Virus record (IMG/VR): IMGVR_UViG_3300027874_000001
Span: 1 to 60,008 of that record
Length of the DNA stretch: 60,008 nucleotides
Reading direction: 5' to 3' (one strand)
Source of the DNA: a virus
Lineage: Duplodnaviria; Caudoviricetes
Both the position numbers and the translations under genes were made by a program. The notes under the pieces are model-generated. The model was not told the DNA's origin and ran no database searches. It worked only from the letters and a program-made list of their open reading frames with translations. This document shows positions 46,601 through 53,997 of this stretch, one piece after another (positions within the stretch are counted from its first letter, which is position 1; each line of letters starts with the position of its first letter).

Positions 46601-47562
46601 TGATTGACGTCAGCTTGGAATCGCTGCAGTCTCTGCTCTATGCCCTTAAGAGTGATGTCATGGTCAATGGCCCACTGCGCTGCCTTCTGAATGACCTGAG
46701 CCTGGTCAATAGCGGCAGCGCCCACCAGCACCACATTGGCGGCAGCAGCTATGGCCTGCTGTTGAATGTACTGCTTGGCTTCCTTGGTTATGAGCTGTGC
46801 TAGGAAGCCACCCTTCTGCGGTGGCTCCGTGATGTCGGGCCTGGGCTCGAATGTGCGCACGCAGTATGGGTGACTCAACATGTTGACGGTGGCATCTTGC
46901 TTGTTGACGATGACGCCGTTGGCCTTGTCAGGCGAGTTGTGGCCACTCATACCGCAGTCGGGAGAATCGTGAATCTCCCATGCTACCACACCCTGCCGTG
47001 CAGTAGCCTCGATGGTGCCCCGGTTGAAGGCTTGAGTGCTCTTGGTGTGCAGAACCAGTTCGTTGTAGGTGTCGTGATTCCAAGTCCTGCCGTCACCAGT
47101 ACGCAGCCCACTGTTCCGGTAGTTGGTGAAGTGGACTCGCATCTCTCCTGGTTGGGCATACGGGCTGCCAAGAATGTCCCTGCGCTCTAGCTTCTGGGAG
47201 AGCTGATTGCGGTAGGCATTCTTGAAGTTGTTGTCTATCTGGTCCTTGCCTTCTTGGCGGTAACGACTGATGTTCTTGCGATCTACGGCAGTGAGCTTAT
47301 AGGTGTCCTCTCCTGTGCCGAACATAGCGCCAGCCCGGTACGCCTCTCGGATGTCATCCTTGAAGAAACTAGAGGCTAGGTTGTGCTGGTCTCGCAGGAA
47401 GCTGAGCTGACGCCGGTCGAAGTCATTGCGCATCCGAGCGCTCGTCAGGAACCGTCGGTAGCGGAACCGCATCTCCAGAGCGTCTTCCCTAGCGGCAGCA
47501 CCGCTGCCTCGGATACGGCCTGTGTAGAAGCTGATGAAGTCGTCTGCCGTACTTCCGGGCAT
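43612..47562 (-). CDS. MuF/minor-capsid-like protein with two C-terminal zincin (HExxH) domains
   Basis: N-terminal GRTW...Y.E....T....AFNRG and HPYCVR; HEMGH...ELVAEQF and HEYSH...YATANWTELIAEA. Confidence 0.75.
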   Translation of the reverse strand: MPGSTADDFISFYTGRIRGSGAAAREDALEMRFRYRRFLTSARMRNDFDRRQLSFLRDQHNLASSFFKDDIREAYRAGAMFGTGEDTYKLTAVDRKNISRYRQEGKDQIDNNFKNAYRNQLSQKLERRDILGSPYAQPGEMRVHFTNYRNSGLRTGDGRTWNHDTYNELVLHTKSTQAFNRGTIEATARQGVVAWEIHDSPDCGMSGHNSPDKANGVIVNKQDATVNMLSHPYCVRTFEPRPDITEPPQKGGFLAQLITKEAKQYIQQQAIAAAANVVLVGAAAIDQAQVIQKAAQWAIDHDITLKGIEQRLQRFQADVNQYFFAGPNVIDINTGLPVRRFSLQDIVDHIFSYGEDLRDNIEEVPGYVKELMGLTQDTTKRVVNDTIEVWDDFRNTFENAAISLRDLASKLTLEAEGRQAFLDYAGDLTGGAHFGDDRFGRFSLPNLGGAGRKARLALSPANKYLRATITATKERGLLGNIRIFRNGLFRVGAEIEARTRSVYPNLSIVPKGPIRIYTKLNRAGGFLVKEDNLAQALAFATREGLDPSLVRVGERLGAGRITSISGEIKIITREKGKLFQLFANPSMNFNINLRKLGLKNLSDIRNLTLERFRKLNLKDIRLVSWATEMQLRGFGRLDFTRILRMSYEDAKKLYELGLHGIAEKVLTPVKETATQLLEIFKGERVFDTREFMRILRRDLAEIAPRNVVRKAQDLITNTGERIAEVFASDRPLNDALTLARDLQMEMYDRVFVQPRQTVVREGRNLLEALWNNTYRKYVPEIKSRFGAYEATTGDPDVTKLGHTIKGLSKDTKLYKDISKTIRYMEERYPGTYKFDVEVKDLGTRVDDEGIIHGVQARYGMTVLEGGRVQIQIDSTFADFYDTLATKTNSHMEDIFWFSPRNHNPAGTLMHEMGHHVFNLMTEEERAELAQQLVRQFFPDTIEHLSMKYAPDRDTMVGRILNRIMRDLKGAETYNNKYGLSFYSVKDSKFTELVAEQFTEYHMASKPGPVAEAVGKYIDDLLGVAADPRPVDFRFPIPMGKIYEISTEGAGSRSAYSRLVEEAMPEIEEVYPDYHVFSTVNHTVGDDVPDFGTETATSLFDPLAENVLKGIRKGVSLLEQAFVRGPKMLWEFVDDNTSIEDAYAAFIQEEDSIAINRKIYMATGATYSSLQSQVESGWHAPAFVHYDDTPIPLMVHEYSHALLHDSIYHPGYDRKVGQAVKKVLQLARADGVKMSNSEIALLNLSDADIPGEIWYDTYEIKYKLGNSFLLWVHENIGGYATANWTELIAEANMEYVVADNPRPAAVAIGRVFSELYG

Positions 47563-47918
47563 TACCGCACCGGGTCAGTACGTACGATCTTCGCTACCTT
47601 GAATCCGCCAGTGCCCGCTGTGGCGGCGTCACCTACGGTCCCGCCCTTGGCGAGGAATTCCTTCAATGTCTGCTGTAGTGCTATCAGGTTCTGTCCGAAA
47701 CTGAGAGACAGATCTCCCACGGTGATGCTTGTGGGCTGATCTAAGGTTAGCACGGCCAGCTGGGCACGCAACGATTCTTCAATCGCTCTGTCGAGAGTAC
47801 GGGTGTCTAATCCGTACAGCGCACCCAGCCGGTCGTACCGCTCGCTGAAGACGTCGTCCTCCTCTGTGGTGCCAATCCAGCTCCGTGCTAGGGTGAGTTG
47901 GTCCGACGTCAGGGGCAT
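47562..47918 (-). CDS. Head-to-tail adaptor-like protein
   Basis: Position after the capsid genes; PTSITVGDLSLSF pattern. Confidence 0.6.
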   Translation of the reverse strand: MPLTSDQLTLARSWIGTTEEDDVFSERYDRLGALYGLDTRTLDRAIEESLRAQLAVLTLDQPTSITVGDLSLSFGQNLIALQQTLKEFLAKGGTVGDAATAGTGGFKVAKIVRTDPVR

Positions 47919-47919
47919 G

Positions 47920-48300
47920 CTACGAACCTGCCTCTTGCTGAGCCGTGATGGCGTCGATGATGTCCTGCTTCTTGGTGGCATCACCGAGGTCGATGTTCTG
48001 AGTGGCGGCATGCTGTCGCAGTTCTGGGACGGTCATGTCCTCCCAGTCCTGCTCCTCCACCACTTCCGGCCCGAAGACGTTGTCCGGATCGTTCTCCGGT
48101 GTTAGAGCTGAGTTGCTGATGCGAGCTACCCGCAACAGATCCTCCATGGACTCTACGTCTTCTTCGCTGATCCAGGCGAGGTCGTGAGTGACGAGGGCAG
48201 CATGTTCGTCTGGAACCGTTTCCCCCTCGTTGTACACGTGGAACTCGCCCGTTTCCGGGTCGATGATGTTGATGGATGTGCCGAGCTTGACAATCGGCAT
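47920..48300 (-). CDS. Capsid-associated protein with C-terminal HeH/Rho-N-like domain
   Basis: WEDMTVPELRQHAATQNIDLGDATKKQDIIDAI. Confidence 0.7.
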   Translation of the reverse strand: MPIVKLGTSINIIDPETGEFHVYNEGETVPDEHAALVTHDLAWISEEDVESMEDLLRVARISNSALTPENDPDNVFGPEVVEEQDWEDMTVPELRQHAATQNIDLGDATKKQDIIDAITAQQEAGS

Positions 48301-48312
48301 TAGTTCTCCTCC

Positions 48313-49353
48313 CTACGCCACGACGGCGTCGAGCACGAGGTCGGGGTTCGGCATCGCTGGGAGGGCGATGGCCGTGCCGACGGTGTACGTCTGGACGGGA
48401 TGTTCCGTGTGGGTGACCACGGCGACGACGCCCGGTGCTTCTGTGGCGTCGATGTATCCCTTGGATTGCAGGAGTTGTGCTTCTGCCGTGACGCCGTAGA
48501 ACGTGGCGCCCAACGGCTCGCTCGGAGGCGGCATCAGGAACACCTTGTTCACTGCGAGCACACGAGTCACAGCGCCGTCCTTGCGCACTTGCTCATCGAA
48601 GATCTGGAGCAACGGCAGTCCTTCGTTGGCGAAGACGTCGTTGATAGCAGCTCGATTGAGGCGCTGAGGAACGGTGCCGTTGGCAGCGGCGTAGTTCCGC
48701 ATTTCCACGTTCAGCGCAAGGGAACTGATCCGCACCAACGGAATCAACATGGTGGCGGGCACCATTCCGTTGACGGTGAGGTAGTCCATCTGCCAGCTGA
48801 GCAGATCGCTGAGGGGTGTGGCCGTGGCGGTGGTGGTCCACAAGGTTCCTGCCGTCTTGCGCATGAGCGACTGACGACCGAAGTCTGCCGTGAGAGTGAG
48901 TCCGTTCTCGGCGATCTGGACCTTGCCGTCGTCGATCAGGTCTCCCCTGGCCATCTCGATACGACCCTGAACCGCACGCATCATGCGCTCCGAGTCTTGG
49001 TAGATGGCCTGGATGATCGGATCGTTGTTGCCGGACATGAGGGTCTTGCTCCGCAGGTATTCCTCTTCTCCCAGAGGAATCTGACGGCTGACCGGGCCCA
49101 GAGAACCCTGGATGATGCTGACACCCGGCCGACCCGTCATACGAGCCGGTGTATCCCACGCCCGGTACTCGGCAATGTCCACGTCTTGGAACGTACCCTT
49201 CCGGATACGGAAGTCCAGGTCGTCGGTCAGTACGTTCGGCAGCCACGTATCGAGGTTCCACTGCGCCTGGGGCCGCAGAACCTCGTTGTCGAAGGCACGA
49301 ACGTAGTTGATCAACACCTTGGGGATGATGAGATCGTACAGAATGTTGGCCAT
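48313..49353 (-). CDS. Major capsid protein (lambda gpE-like)
   Basis: 346 aa after scaffold/decoration genes; AEYRAWD, RIEMARG, ADFG and ALPAMPNPD motifs. Confidence 0.88.
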   Translation of the reverse strand: MANILYDLIIPKVLINYVRAFDNEVLRPQAQWNLDTWLPNVLTDDLDFRIRKGTFQDVDIAEYRAWDTPARMTGRPGVSIIQGSLGPVSRQIPLGEEEYLRSKTLMSGNNDPIIQAIYQDSERMMRAVQGRIEMARGDLIDDGKVQIAENGLTLTADFGRQSLMRKTAGTLWTTTATATPLSDLLSWQMDYLTVNGMVPATMLIPLVRISSLALNVEMRNYAAANGTVPQRLNRAAINDVFANEGLPLLQIFDEQVRKDGAVTRVLAVNKVFLMPPPSEPLGATFYGVTAEAQLLQSKGYIDATEAPGVVAVVTHTEHPVQTYTVGTAIALPAMPNPDLVLDAVVA

Positions 49354-49365
49354 GTGTTCGATCTC

Positions 49366-49806
49366 CTAGGTCTCGAAGCGGATGAAGTGGATCAAGTCCG
49401 TCCTGGCGGCGGCATCGATCTTGCCGGTCGTGGCTGCCGGTGCAGGCAGGAACGACTGCTTGATGATGCCAGGACCCCAGTACAGCGGAGCCCCCACCTT
49501 GGCGGCTGTGGCTAGATCCAGTCCCGTTCCGTTGCCGAGCCTGGTGGTGTTGAAGAGGAACCCTGCCGCCGTTTCTCGGCCTGTGCCCGTGGCTGCATCG
49601 TCGTAGGGTCCGTAGAACCCTGTGGCGGTGGTGAGCCCGAGCACGGTGCCGCTGGGCAGCGCTCCGTTGATCAAGTGGTTGGCGGTGAAGAGTGACGGAT
49701 CCAGGGTGATGGACCGATTCTGATTGGTACCCAGGCGGGTGCCGAGCCAGCGCCGGTCTTCATTCCCGAGAAACGGAAACGTCTGCACCGCAACGTCGAA
49801 GCCCAT
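49366..49806 (-). CDS. Head decoration protein
   Basis: ITLD...LPSGTVLG...YGPYD.AA..GRETAAGFL. Confidence 0.8.
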   Translation of the reverse strand: MGFDVAVQTFPFLGNEDRRWLGTRLGTNQNRSITLDPSLFTANHLINGALPSGTVLGLTTATGFYGPYDDAATGTGRETAAGFLFNTTRLGNGTGLDLATAAKVGAPLYWGPGIIKQSFLPAPAATTGKIDAAARTDLIHFIRFET

Positions 49807-49824
49807 AAGAACTCTCCTTTGGGG

Positions 49825-50475
49825 CTATGAACCTGTCGGTGTCTTGCGTGCTAGTTCCGGATGAAGCCGGTGTAGCTGCTCTTGCGCTTGAGCGGCAGCA
49901 TCACTCTGAGGGATCTTGGCAGGGGGTCCGCCCGGATCGCCGTGTACTGGTTTCGGATCCGGTTGCTTCTTCTCTGCCTTGAAGAAGGAGGGCACATCCG
50001 TCTTCAAATCCTCCACCGCCTTGGCGATGGTAGATTGATCCGGCTCGCCGTCGTCCATGGTAAGGTCAAGACTACGGCGGGCACGGTTGAGAATCTTCAC
50101 TTTCTCGGTTTCTTCTGCATCTTCGGGGAAGGCTAGCCCACCCGCCAACAACGCACGCTCCACCATAGCGTCGAAGCGTTCCTGGCTAGCTGCCTTACGT
50201 TCTTGTGCTGCCTCCGCCTTGGCACGGTCGGCAGCTTCTTGCGCCTTCTGGATCTCGGTCTTGGCTCGGTCCTCTTCCTCCTTGGAGCGAGTGACCAGAT
50301 CCTTCAGCTCCTTGAGATCTACGACGCCGAGTTCTTCCAAGATCTCTGCTTCCCGGACACGCTTGCCGTCCTTCTTCTCCTGGGAGCCTACACGGTTGAG
50401 CCGGTCTTGCAGTTCCTTCTCCGTGTACAGCTTCTCCTTGGGATCAGGCTTGGTTTCTTCGTCGTCGTCTGGCAT
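49825..50475 (-). CDS. Capsid scaffolding protein
   Basis: Charged coiled coil, YTEKELQ start, PSFF..GDPGG tail. Confidence 0.8.
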   Translation of the reverse strand: MPDDDEETKPDPKEKLYTEKELQDRLNRVGSQEKKDGKRVREAEILEELGVVDLKELKDLVTRSKEEEDRAKTEIQKAQEAADRAKAEAAQERKAASQERFDAMVERALLAGGLAFPEDAEETEKVKILNRARRSLDLTMDDGEPDQSTIAKAVEDLKTDVPSFFKAEKKQPDPKPVHGDPGGPPAKIPQSDAAAQAQEQLHRLHPELARKTPTGS

Positions 50476-50515
50476 CGTTAGCTCCTATTCCGTCCTAGCG
50501 GTCGTCCGAAGGGTA

Positions 50516-52339
50516 TCACGCCGCCGGGGACGGAGGGAGTTGGGGCGGACTTGGAGTTCCTCCCGGAGGAGTGGGAGGTCGTGGCGGAGCGGCTGCGGGT
50601 CCAGGCGTTGGATTGGGCGGACCAAGGGGGTTGATCGCCGGAGGGATCGGCGGGGGCCCACCCAATCCAAGCCTGCGCCGCACGGCGTCCTGGTCGCCTG
50701 TGGCGTCTGCCAGGGCTTGCGCACTCTCGAAATCATTGTTGTGGATGAGCTTGATCTCGGCAGCGGCATCCTCGATAGGGTAGCCCGCCTCCATCAACAT
50801 GCGGATAGCGGTTTCCAGACTAATGGCGGGTGGCTTGGTGCTGAGTAGTTGCACCACTAGGGTCTGGGTCTCCTGCTTGTCGGCTGGCAGGAAACTGCCG
50901 AAGTGGTATTGAATCTCGCTGGTGACGGTGGCGGCACTGGTCTTGAGACTCATGAATCGAGCTACGAACTTCAGTAGTAGGGAATACTTGCGGCGGCGCA
51001 CCATACGCATCTGTTTGATGGCGCCGCTGTGAGGCGTGAAGCTGAGCGTAAGTGCGATTCCGCTAGGGACCTCGCTCGGCTTGACACGCCCCAACAGCGC
51101 CTCGGGTATGCGCCCGTTTACGGAAAGCCGAGATAACAGCGAGTCACTCAGCTTCATGAGCGCATCCAGGCTGTGGCTCGTATCCAGAATGGTGGCGGAC
51201 CCGTCACCAGATTGGAGAACCGTGCCTGGCCCGTAGGATTGAAGCCGTCCAGAGGAATCAGTAGGGGCGCCCACGCCGCTGAGAACTATGGGAGGGCTGC
51301 CGGTGGTAGCGCTGGCGGCTTGGGTATCGGTGTCGGTACTGACAATGTCTTCCAACAACTGCATCACTGGGGCTAAGGAAGAGGTACCAAAGTGTTCCGC
51401 TCCGGCGATGGTGTTGGTGATGTGAATCACGGGGATGAAGTCGATCTTTAGGTCCTCGTGATCGTGGTCGATGCGCCAGGCATTGGGCCACGTGAGATCG
51501 TCTATGGTGTTCTTGAGATCATCGATGCGCCAGGTAGCGTCCGTCAGAATACAGGTCACCTTGGCGGAGTCGTCCCAGGGCAGCGCCTGCGTGCCGGGGT
51601 CACCAGCGGGAGTGCCGTCGCTACTCAACGGTACCAGTTCCCAGGTGATGCGGCGAACGTACTTCTCCTTGTCCTTGGCGACGTCTAGATCTAGGTCTGC
51701 CTCGAACTCGTAGGCGATGTGAACCTTGTTGGGGAACTCCTGCTCCGGGCGGCTATCATCCCAGACGGGGAAGAAGAAGCCTGGATCCCATACCTGTAGC
51801 CGTGGGCGCTGCAGCTCTTCGTTCCAACCAAGCACGTACACGCCGTCCCCTAGCTTGATGGCGTTGCGCTCGCATTCCACCACCTTGACGTCCAGCTGCT
51901 CCTTGTCGGCCCAATCTAGTAGACTTTGAAGTAGCTTCTGACTGCCAGCGTTGGTGGGAGTGGTACCGATGGCGTCCGGCACGATGATGGATTGGTCGTC
52001 TCCCAGCAGGCTGCTGAGGAACTGTTCCACGATGACGTTGGGGTCACCGTATTCCCGCCGAGTGTCGATGACCTCCGGATCGTTCTCGTTCAGCCAGTAG
52101 CGGGCGCTGTTGCGGCAGAAATCCTCCAGCAGCTTGTAGGCCATCAGACGTCGAAAGTGATCGCCGATCCAAGTAGGGGCCAACGTGCGCTGGGAGGTGC
52201 GGCTGCGTAGGCCATAGGCGAAGTTCGGCTTGTAGTCGAGAAAGGACCAGGCGTCGATGATGTGATGGCGAGGGTCTCGGAAATCCTCGGAAATCTCGAA
52301 CAAGGTCATACGGGCTCCAACGGTATCACCTTCGCCCAC
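50516..52339 (-). CDS. Portal protein (start may be 52309)
   Basis: Follows terminase; LGDGVY...DPGFFFP...HFGTS...PSGIAL; Pro-rich tail. Confidence 0.85.
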   Translation of the reverse strand: MGEGDTVGARMTLFEISEDFRDPRHHIIDAWSFLDYKPNFAYGLRSRTSQRTLAPTWIGDHFRRLMAYKLLEDFCRNSARYWLNENDPEVIDTRREYGDPNVIVEQFLSSLLGDDQSIIVPDAIGTTPTNAGSQKLLQSLLDWADKEQLDVKVVECERNAIKLGDGVYVLGWNEELQRPRLQVWDPGFFFPVWDDSRPEQEFPNKVHIAYEFEADLDLDVAKDKEKYVRRITWELVPLSSDGTPAGDPGTQALPWDDSAKVTCILTDATWRIDDLKNTIDDLTWPNAWRIDHDHEDLKIDFIPVIHITNTIAGAEHFGTSSLAPVMQLLEDIVSTDTDTQAASATTGSPPIVLSGVGAPTDSSGRLQSYGPGTVLQSGDGSATILDTSHSLDALMKLSDSLLSRLSVNGRIPEALLGRVKPSEVPSGIALTLSFTPHSGAIKQMRMVRRRKYSLLLKFVARFMSLKTSAATVTSEIQYHFGSFLPADKQETQTLVVQLLSTKPPAISLETAIRMLMEAGYPIEDAAAEIKLIHNNDFESAQALADATGDQDAVRRRLGLGGPPPIPPAINPLGPPNPTPGPAAAPPRPPTPPGGTPSPPQLPPSPAA

Positions 52340-53693
52340 GGAGGCGATGGTCTCTGTAAGAAGTCTGGAAACTCGCTGGCAATCCGAGCAGTAGTTCGGT
52401 CATGGCCCAGACCATGGCATCCATGCGGTTTGGTGACCAGCTGGGATCCTCATCATAGGCGTCCCAGGTGTACATCTCGTCCTCTAGGTGGCCGTGGGTG
52501 CCGATGTGGTGCACTCGGCCTTGTTCATACTTGGTGGCGATGGGCTCCGCCCGCTTAGACTTTCCCCTGCTGGCGTGCACCAGCTTCACAGGGATGGCAG
52601 GATCTAAGGCGTGGATGTTGACCTTGACGAGCTCGCCGCCATTGTTCTGCTCTGCCACCACGTAGTTGGCCTCGTGATCGTAGTAGGTCTTGATCACGGT
52701 CTTGGCCCATTCTGCCGGATGAGCCTGGCGGGAGTAGTCGGCCAGCACAAAGCCGTGGGGCATGGTGTCGAACTCCATCTTGTCCGGCATCCAGTAGTGG
52801 TTCACCTTGCCACCCACCACGATGCCGCATTCGTCTCCTGCTTCCGTGAGGGATGGGTCTACCCCCACCACTACCGTGTCGTAGTGCTCTGGCTGTAGCC
52901 GGGGGATGATGCGGTATGGCTCTACCATCTGCTCTTCCCAGAGGGCACCTTCTACGTCCTCCAGCACTTCGCCGTAGAGCTCTTGCCGACCAAGGCGGGT
53001 GCCACCGTAGTCCTCGAACAGCATACTACGGATGTGTTCCTGCAGATGAGGATTGTCGTCTGTGGTGGCGTGGGTCATGGCGTACTGTTTGTTGGCCGGA
53101 TCCCTGCACCATTTGATGATGTCCCGAATCAACCTGCGAGCCTTGGGAGTGGTACTGGCTATGGCTCGTGGTTCAGGCCCGATGCGTAGGCCGTAGCGCA
53201 TGTGCTGCCAGGCTTCATCCATGTAGCGCCAGGCAGCCATCTCCTCACACCAGGCAAAGCAGCGGTTACCACCGGAACGTAGGCGTTCAACATCTTCCGG
53301 AGTATGAGCCCCGAAGATCTTCGCCTCTACTCCGTTACTAAGCTTGACGATGGTTCCTCCTGGGGTGACGCTTACCTTCATACCAGGGTCGTGAACTCGC
53401 AAGCCGGAAGGACCGTTGGCACAGCTAGTGACACCGTCACCCAGAGTTGGGGCAATGATTGACATCCAGTGGCCACCTGGAACCCCAGGAACACAGGGTG
53501 GACCAAAGGCATGGTCGTAGAACTCTGCGGCGGCAGCAGCGGTCTTGCCACAACCTCTCCCTCCGAATAGGAACCAGAACATCCAGTCTCCCGGTGGCGG
53601 GTACTGGTGGGGCAGCCGCTTGAATGTACGCTCTGGCGGGTCGATCATGTCGGCCGCTATGGCCCAAGGGCTGCGTACCTCGGCGAAGCTCAT
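52326..53693 (-). CDS. terL: Terminase large subunit
   Basis: GGRGCGKT, WCEE, STTP, VGVDP, SRGKSKRAEP and SPNRMDA motifs. Confidence 0.95.
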   Translation of the reverse strand: MSFAEVRSPWAIAADMIDPPERTFKRLPHQYPPPGDWMFWFLFGGRGCGKTAAAAAEFYDHAFGPPCVPGVPGGHWMSIIAPTLGDGVTSCANGPSGLRVHDPGMKVSVTPGGTIVKLSNGVEAKIFGAHTPEDVERLRSGGNRCFAWCEEMAAWRYMDEAWQHMRYGLRIGPEPRAIASTTPKARRLIRDIIKWCRDPANKQYAMTHATTDDNPHLQEHIRSMLFEDYGGTRLGRQELYGEVLEDVEGALWEEQMVEPYRIIPRLQPEHYDTVVVGVDPSLTEAGDECGIVVGGKVNHYWMPDKMEFDTMPHGFVLADYSRQAHPAEWAKTVIKTYYDHEANYVVAEQNNGGELVKVNIHALDPAIPVKLVHASRGKSKRAEPIATKYEQGRVHHIGTHGHLEDEMYTWDAYDEDPSWSPNRMDAMVWAMTELLLGLPASFQTSYRDHRLRGRR

Positions 53694-53839
53694 GGGGCTG
53701 GCGCTGGTTCTTTGGTGGCTGGAGCCTGGCCGTTGTCGCTGGACTGTTGTTGTTCTCGCAACATGTGGCGCAGGCTCTCTATCTCGATGCGTTGGTCTGC
53801 AATGATGATCAGCAGAGCCGCAAGCTGTTCCGGGTTCAT
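53690..53839 (-). CDS. Small hypothetical protein (49 aa); not in ORF track
   Basis: MNPEQLAALLIIIADQRIEIESLR...; ATGA overlaps on both sides. Confidence 0.6.
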   Translation of the reverse strand: MNPEQLAALLIIIADQRIEIESLRHMLREQQQSSDNGQAPATKEPAPAP

Positions 53840-53997
53840 GCGGGTAGGTCCTGCATTGTCAGTCCTCGGTCCTCCATCTCCTGCGTGAGCGAGTGGAACT
53901 CGTAGTCGTACTCGTGGAGCTTCACCGGGTCGATGGGTTGATCCATCATCAGATCATTGAGTTCCTTCACTCGCTTCAGCAGTTGTTTGTCTGTCAT
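53836..53997 (-). CDS. Small hypothetical protein (53 aa)
   Basis: ATGA overlap; GGGAG RBS. Confidence 0.6.
   Translation of the reverse strand: MTDKQLLKRVKELNDLMMDQPIDPVKLHEYDYEFHSLTQEMEDRGLTMQDLPA

Noticed and set aside
48400-49515. Long antisense ORFs (also 11425-12249, 39705-40559, 50057-50848)
   Set aside because: They are shadows of GC3-biased genes, with no RBS or recognisable motifs.
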